This document shows, piece after piece, positions 38,158 to 43,198 of a stretch of 43,198 nt of DNA. The translations under genes and the position numbers were made by a program. The notes beneath the pieces are model-generated. The model saw only the letters and a list, made by a program, of their open reading frames with translations. It had not been told where the DNA came from and searched no databases. The stretch lies in the NCBI GenBank assembly GCA_021158055.1, contig JAGGVJ010000033.1:1-43198 (forward strand), in the 5' to 3' direction. Source of the DNA: Candidatus Iainarchaeum sp. GTDB taxonomy: Archaea > Iainarchaeota > Iainarchaeia > JAGGVJ01. Position 1 is the first letter of the stretch; each line of letters begins with the position of its first letter.

Positions 38158-38908
38158 TCAGTTAACTAAAAATTCTTTGATCTGCTTGAACAAATTTTTT
38201 CTGTCTTCCTTCTTTTTAAAATTGTGGTCCCCGTCAATTTTCACATACTTCGCGTTCTTCAGATGCTCATACTCTTCATAGTACTTGTCTGCAAGAACTT
38301 CGTCTTGATTGGGCTTGAAAAGGATCAGATCAGTTTTTGAGCCCAACTCCTCGACATACTCAACAGGTTCAAACTGCCTTAAAGTGCGCCAGAAATCACG
38401 ACCCATCACCTGAACAACACCACTTGTTCTCGGGTAAAAAGTCAGCCTGTCCTCGTTTATCCTGCCGCCGTTTGACACGATCCTTTTTTTCAGCTGGTCT
38501 ATTATGAACCCCGTGTCTGAATTTGGAATGGACGTAAAAACCGTTTTCTTAATCATGAAAGGCGAAAGCAATAAAACGACAAAAGCCCCAAGGGAATGCG
38601 CAATTATGTTGATATTTTTTCCCTTGTAAGTTTTCTGGCATACCTTATCACAAAATCAACGTCACCTGCCGCCTTCTGAAACTGGAACTCGTAATCTTCA
38701 CCTTCGCTTTTCCCGTAACCGGACAAGTCAAACCTTATCGTCAAAAAATCATCTTTCAGGTAACCCGAAAGATCCAAAAAAGAATCAAACCCCTCGTTTT
38801 TATCAGTCCCGTAGCCGTGGACAAAAACTATGACATCACTTGCCGCCTCACCCCCTCAATCAAGACATCAAGGTTTTCCCCGAAAATGTTTTTAATGGTT
38901 GTTTTCAT
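38158..38908 (-). pseudogene. Alpha/beta hydrolase pseudogene with two frameshifts
   Basis: MKTTIKNIFGENLDVLIEG / VIVFVHGYG...RFDLSGYGKSEG / IIAHSLG...QDEVL...GDHNF; shifts at G5 run 38851-38855 and near 38631-38634. Confidence 0.85.
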
Positions 38909-39062
38909 GCAGTAAATCTGAAAAAAAGACTATAAATGGATTTGGTTTTGATTACCCTTTCATGCGAAAACCCGCGGCAAAACCGCAAAAAAAGCAATAA
39001 TCATACATTTAATCAGTTTTTTGTAAAACTTTTTTGCGCAAACATCATTTCAGCCTTGAAAT

Positions 39063-39335
39063 GTACATGGGAGTAGTCAAAAAATTATCTATTATTTGAA
39101 TAACAAAAAAGACAAACGTGTTAAAAAGCTGATATTTTTAGCGCCGGTAAATGACATTAAAATACCTATTTTAGCAATATTCGGTTCAGAAGATAACTAC
39201 CAATTTGAACCCAAAGAAAAGCTGGAACTGTTAAAAAACATCATTAAATGCGACACCTATTTAATCCAAAACTCAAATCATTGGTTTACTTCTCATGAAA
39301 ACGAATTAACAAAAAAAGTTTTAAATTGGGTAATA
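39063..39335 (+). pseudogene. Internally deleted alpha/beta hydrolase (DUF1749-like) fragment
   Basis: VHGSSQKIIYYL...LIFLAPVND joined directly to IKIPILAIFGSED...NSNHWF; AT-rich, no good start. Confidence 0.55.
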
Positions 39336-39554
39336 TAACAAGGAATACTTACAAAGAAAACAACACCCTTCTTTTTCTTAAACTCCTGCCAAAAAAAGTT
39401 AACTTAAAAAATAACCGTGAGGTTATATTTTTAGTAACTTGGTGAAAACAAAAACATTAACGCAAAATCTGATTTTTTCACTTCAGAAACCCCTGATAAA
39501 ACATCAACACACAAACAGGGTCAAATCACCCGAACAATCAAAGGCAGGAATAAA

Positions 39555-41003
39555 ATGGAATCAAACACAGCAAACATACCAAACACAACAGACCTATCAG
39601 CTCAAATACACGACCTGGTTCAAAAAACCGCGCAATACGCCCAAACCGGCCCGCAAATCACATACTGCGACGTGCGGGGCGTGATCGGAGAAAGCAACAC
39701 ACTTTCAATGAGCGACAGCGAAGGAAAAACCGATTCCACAAACGGAATCGGAATAGGGATTCGCGTGCTTGCAGACGGAGCGTGGGGATACACTTCTTCA
39801 ACGCAACTTGATGCGGCAAAACTCAAGGGGAAAGTAGACCAGGCACTCAAAATCGCGCTTGGATTATCACATGCGAAAAAAGACAAGGCGACTGTCCGGG
39901 AACTTGACCCGGTGATCAGAAGCCACAAAACAAAATACAAAATCAATCCCCTTGAAGTTGACATGAAAGAAAAACACGAAATACTGACTCACATGTTTGA
40001 CTGCTGCGAACACGAGGAAATAATCCACAATCAGGCGAGGATCAGCGCGGGACAAACAAGCAAATGGTTTGCAAACACAGAAGGAAGCCTCATTGAAACC
40101 CAGGCTACAAAAACCATAATCTCGCTTTCAGCAGTGTCGCACAGGGACGGGAAAACATCAATGAACTACGACGTCAAAGCCGGAATCGCCGGATTCGAAT
40201 TCATAAAAAACCTTGACATCGAAAAATTCGCAAAAGGAATATATACAAAAGCAGTGGATTTCCTCGACGCAAAACCGTTCAAAGGCGGTGCAATGGACGT
40301 TGTCCTGTCCCCCTCGGTCGGAGGCACCCTTGTCCACGAAGTATTCGGCCACGCAGCAGAAGCCGACTGGGTAACAAACGGAAGGTCCCTTCTCAAAGAC
40401 AAACTCAACACACCCATCGGAAGCGAAATGGTCACAATCTGCGACGACGGCTCAATGAGCAACTCATGGGGGAGCATTTACTTTGACGACGAAGGAATCC
40501 AAAACAAAAACCAGGTACTGGTTGAAAACGGAATGCTAAAAGGATACATGCACTCGCGCGAAACAGCCTGCAAAATGGGTGTCCCTGAAACCGGAAACGG
40601 GCGGGCGCAAGACTACAACCACAGAGTGATACCTCGGATGACAAACACATACCTCAAAAAAGGGGACTTTGAAGTTGATGAAATGATTGAAGGGATAAAA
40701 AACGGCATAATCGTCGACAAATACACCTGCGCCCTTGAAGACCCTGCGGGAGGAAGCTTTGAGCTCAAGACTCTCGGGGGATATGTCATAAAAAACGGAA
40801 AAACGGAAACGCCGATTGCAAGAACAACCCTTTCAAGCCCTTCATTCATAGACACATTCAACAATATTGACGCGCTCTCAAAAAACATGAGCAAAGACAA
40901 CATCGGGATGTGCGGGAAAGGACACGAGGACTGGGTGCCTGTCGGAAACCCGTCGCCGTTCATAAGGATACGGAACCTCATAGTCAACGGGGGTGATTCA
41001 TGA
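39555..41003 (+). CDS. tldD: TldD family metalloprotease
   Basis: GIGIRVLADGAWGY, HEVFGHAAEAD, FDDEG, GNGRAQ, PRMTNT, CGKG. Confidence 0.92.
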   Translation: MESNTANIPNTTDLSAQIHDLVQKTAQYAQTGPQITYCDVRGVIGESNTLSMSDSEGKTDSTNGIGIGIRVLADGAWGYTSSTQLDAAKLKGKVDQALKIALGLSHAKKDKATVRELDPVIRSHKTKYKINPLEVDMKEKHEILTHMFDCCEHEEIIHNQARISAGQTSKWFANTEGSLIETQATKTIISLSAVSHRDGKTSMNYDVKAGIAGFEFIKNLDIEKFAKGIYTKAVDFLDAKPFKGGAMDVVLSPSVGGTLVHEVFGHAAEADWVTNGRSLLKDKLNTPIGSEMVTICDDGSMSNSWGSIYFDDEGIQNKNQVLVENGMLKGYMHSRETACKMGVPETGNGRAQDYNHRVIPRMTNTYLKKGDFEVDEMIEGIKNGIIVDKYTCALEDPAGGSFELKTLGGYVIKNGKTETPIARTTLSSPSFIDTFNNIDALSKNMSKDNIGMCGKGHEDWVPVGNPSPFIRIRNLIVNGGDS

Positions 41004-42346
41004 TGTTTGAAGAAATACTCAAAAGCGGGAACTGCGAAGTGTACTCAAGCAACGTCAGGGTTGCCGACGCAAACCTTGACAACGACGTCAACGCGTTAAG
41101 GTCAACAAACGAAAGCGGGTACTCAATCCGCGTTCTTGAAAACCTCAAAATAGGCAATGCATCTTCAAACGATTTTTCTGTTCAAAGCATCCGAAACACC
41201 CTTGAAACCGCAAAAAAACTAAGCGGTTTCGGAAAAGAAATCCCAAAAAACTTTTCATTTTGCGACACCGGCAAAAAATCAGACGCAAAACAAAACTTTG
41301 ACAACCTACTCTCAACACAACTCGACGAATGCTGCAGCAAGCTCGCGGAAATCACCCTGCAGAAAGCAAGCGATCAAAACGTGAAAATCACGAACTGTTC
41401 CATCAAAACAATTCAAGTGGACTTTCGCGTGCAAAACAGCCTTGGAATCGACAAGCAGGAAAAAGGAACCTTCGTGGTTGCGGCAATCGACTCAAAAGCA
41501 AACACAAACAAACCCTTGGCAGAACTTTCATCAACGTTTTCCTCAAGAATTCTTGACGAAAAAGAATACGAAAAATGGGTTTCTGAAAGGTTTGAGCTCA
41601 CAAAACTGTTTGTTGAGCCGAAAAAAATTGAATCCGGAAAATACCCGCTTTTGATTGAACCTGGAGTGTTCTCGCCGCTTATCGCAGACACTGTCGGGTA
41701 CTGGGCAAGCGGAAAATCACGCGTTGACAAAATAAGCTTTTTTGAAGGCAAAAAAAACCAGCAGGTATTCTCGGAAAAACTGTCAATCACAGACGACGCA
41801 CTGTTTGAGAACGCCCCTTCCACAAGCTCGATTGACATGGAAGGAAACCCCACGAGGCAAACTGAAATCATAAAAAACGGAACTTTCAATTCTTTTTTCT
41901 ATGACCAGCTTTACGCAAGCTACTTTGACGAACAGGCAACAGGAAACGCAAAAAAGCAATCCGGAATGGGCGGGGAAAAAATTTATTCAAGCTCCACATT
42001 TTGCGGCTCAAACAACCTCGTGGTTGAACGCGGAAGTCACTCAATTGAAGAACTAAAGCAGGACTTTGAAGGAATAATCATTGAAGGCGCGGGTCTTCCG
42101 ATGGCTGACAGCGAAACAGGAGAATTCGGGTTTGAAATCCGAAACGGCCTGCTTTCAAAAAACAAAGAACTTACCCCCGTGCGCTACGGGATATTTGCAG
42201 GAAACGTCAAGGCAATACTCAACCAAATCAGCGCGTTTTCAAAAGAAAGAGACACCGTTCCAGACGAACGCACGGCTGAATTCAACAGTTCCTGCGTGTG
42301 CCCGTGGGCAAAACTTGAAAACCAGACAATTGTCGGCGGGAAATAA
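41000..42346 (+). CDS. tldE: TldE/PmbA family protein
   Basis: YSIRVL, DMEGNP, TGNA, TGEF; lacks HExxxH; ATGA-coupled to tldD. Confidence 0.82.
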   Translation: MMFEEILKSGNCEVYSSNVRVADANLDNDVNALRSTNESGYSIRVLENLKIGNASSNDFSVQSIRNTLETAKKLSGFGKEIPKNFSFCDTGKKSDAKQNFDNLLSTQLDECCSKLAEITLQKASDQNVKITNCSIKTIQVDFRVQNSLGIDKQEKGTFVVAAIDSKANTNKPLAELSSTFSSRILDEKEYEKWVSERFELTKLFVEPKKIESGKYPLLIEPGVFSPLIADTVGYWASGKSRVDKISFFEGKKNQQVFSEKLSITDDALFENAPSTSSIDMEGNPTRQTEIIKNGTFNSFFYDQLYASYFDEQATGNAKKQSGMGGEKIYSSSTFCGSNNLVVERGSHSIEELKQDFEGIIIEGAGLPMADSETGEFGFEIRNGLLSKNKELTPVRYGIFAGNVKAILNQISAFSKERDTVPDERTAEFNSSCVCPWAKLENQTIVGGK

Positions 42347-42358
42347 AAACAAAAAGAA

Positions 42359-43057
42359 CTACTTCTTGGCAGGTTTTTCTGCCCCTTCTTTGTTTTTCTG
42401 TTCAGCGGCAGGTTTTTTTTCCTTTCCCTTGTTTTTCTGTCCGGCGACAGGCCTGCTTTTCCTGCCGGAGTTTTTTGACTCAAACTCCTTTTTGAAACCA
42501 AGCAATTCTTTTTTCGCGCGTTCGCGAAGACTCAAGCTGCTTGCGCAGATTTCAAAAAAAAGATCCTCAAAAGCAAAAAGGGACTTGAAAACCGGCTCGT
42601 ACTGGAGGGGATTTTCCACCTGAAACTCCTCCAAAACACCTTGTTTTGAAACACGCCCTTTGGAAATTATTGCCTGGTGAACCTGTTTATTGTCTTTCGG
42701 GTTATAAACTGCACTTAAAATGTCACCTGCTGTTTTTCCTTTTGCAAGCTCGTCCTGCGACAGCTTAAAAAAAAGAACCCGAATCACATCATCTTCCCCG
42801 CCGCGAAAATAATAAGCAACCTGACCAAGGCCCCTGAAAGAAACCTTTGTTTTGTGTTGGGGGTCCTCAAAAAAATTCACCAAAGAACCTAAAAGAACTG
42901 TTATCTGCCTGCGGCCTGCTTCATCCAGATCAAAAACTTTCGGAATCAGCTTTTTGAACGACGGGTCGTCAGTAAAATACTTCTTGTCTTTGCTGATGTG
43001 AAGAACTTCTTTTGGCTGCTTACTGCCAAAAAACCTGTTAAAAAATTTGAATGCCAT
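42359..43057 (-). CDS. Hypothetical protein with Lys-rich tail (probable start ATG 43057)
   Basis: Long open frame, no recognisable motif; the longer start at 43117 lies inside the tandem repeat. Confidence 0.6.
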   Translation of the reverse strand: MAFKFFNRFFGSKQPKEVLHISKDKKYFTDDPSFKKLIPKVFDLDEAGRRQITVLLGSLVNFFEDPQHKTKVSFRGLGQVAYYFRGGEDDVIRVLFFKLSQDELAKGKTAGDILSAVYNPKDNKQVHQAIISKGRVSKQGVLEEFQVENPLQYEPVFKSLFAFEDLFFEICASSLSLRERAKKELLGFKKEFESKNSGRKSRPVAGQKNKGKEKKPAAEQKNKEGAEKPAKK

Positions 43058-43080
43058 AAACAAAGTATGCAAAAACAAGT

Positions 43081-43198
43081 ATATATTTTTGACTGGTTCC
43101 GGATCTTGATTGATCATATATTTTTGACTGGTTCCGGATCTTGATTGATCATATATTTTTGACTGGTTCCGGATCTTGATTGATCATATATTTTTGAC
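43081..43198. repeat. Perfect tandem repeat, at least 3.4 x 35 bp, ATATATTTTTGACTGGTTCCGGATCTTGATTGATC, running off the window
   Basis: Units start at 43081, 43116, 43151 and 43186 (partial). Confidence 0.95.

Noticed and set aside
770-42623. Numerous antisense and alternate-frame ORFs in the six-frame track (for example 2420-3187, 16752-17357, 41413-41889)
   Set aside because: They are shadows of well-supported genes and have no recognisable motifs.
43081-43198. 35-bp repeat as a CRISPR array
   Set aside because: Units are directly adjacent with no unique spacers, and no cas genes are in the window.

Overview
A 43.2-kb archaeal chromosomal window (PCNA, RpoL, exosome Csl4, membrane-anchored LonB, Trm11, GGTGA-type ribosome-binding sites). 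A DPANN-type lineage such as Iainarchaeota/Diapherotrites is plausible but is only an impression from gene style. Contents, left to right: an HTH regulator plus minimal IscS/IscU Fe-S operon, glutamate dehydrogenase, a methyltransferase closely resembling eukaryotic Bud23/WBSCR22, two divergent giant surface proteins (one an M6 metalloprotease), htpX, the csl4-rpoL-DUF99-signal peptidase-pcn cluster, membrane proteins, lonB and trm11. An accessory region of about 11 kb follows, with glucan-related secreted proteins and several decaying genes, then tldD/tldE. The standout feature is lonB: it is broken into two ATGA-overlapping ORFs exactly inside an intein at the DPFQ/SGGL site. A 177-aa N-intein (Ser1, TxxH) ends the first ORF and a 40-aa C-intein (...VSN/S+1) starts the second, which looks like a naturally split, Ser-dependent intein needed to trans-splice an archaeal Lon protease. 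No rRNA, tRNA, CRISPR array or intact transposase was recognised. All family assignments come from motif recognition, not database searches.
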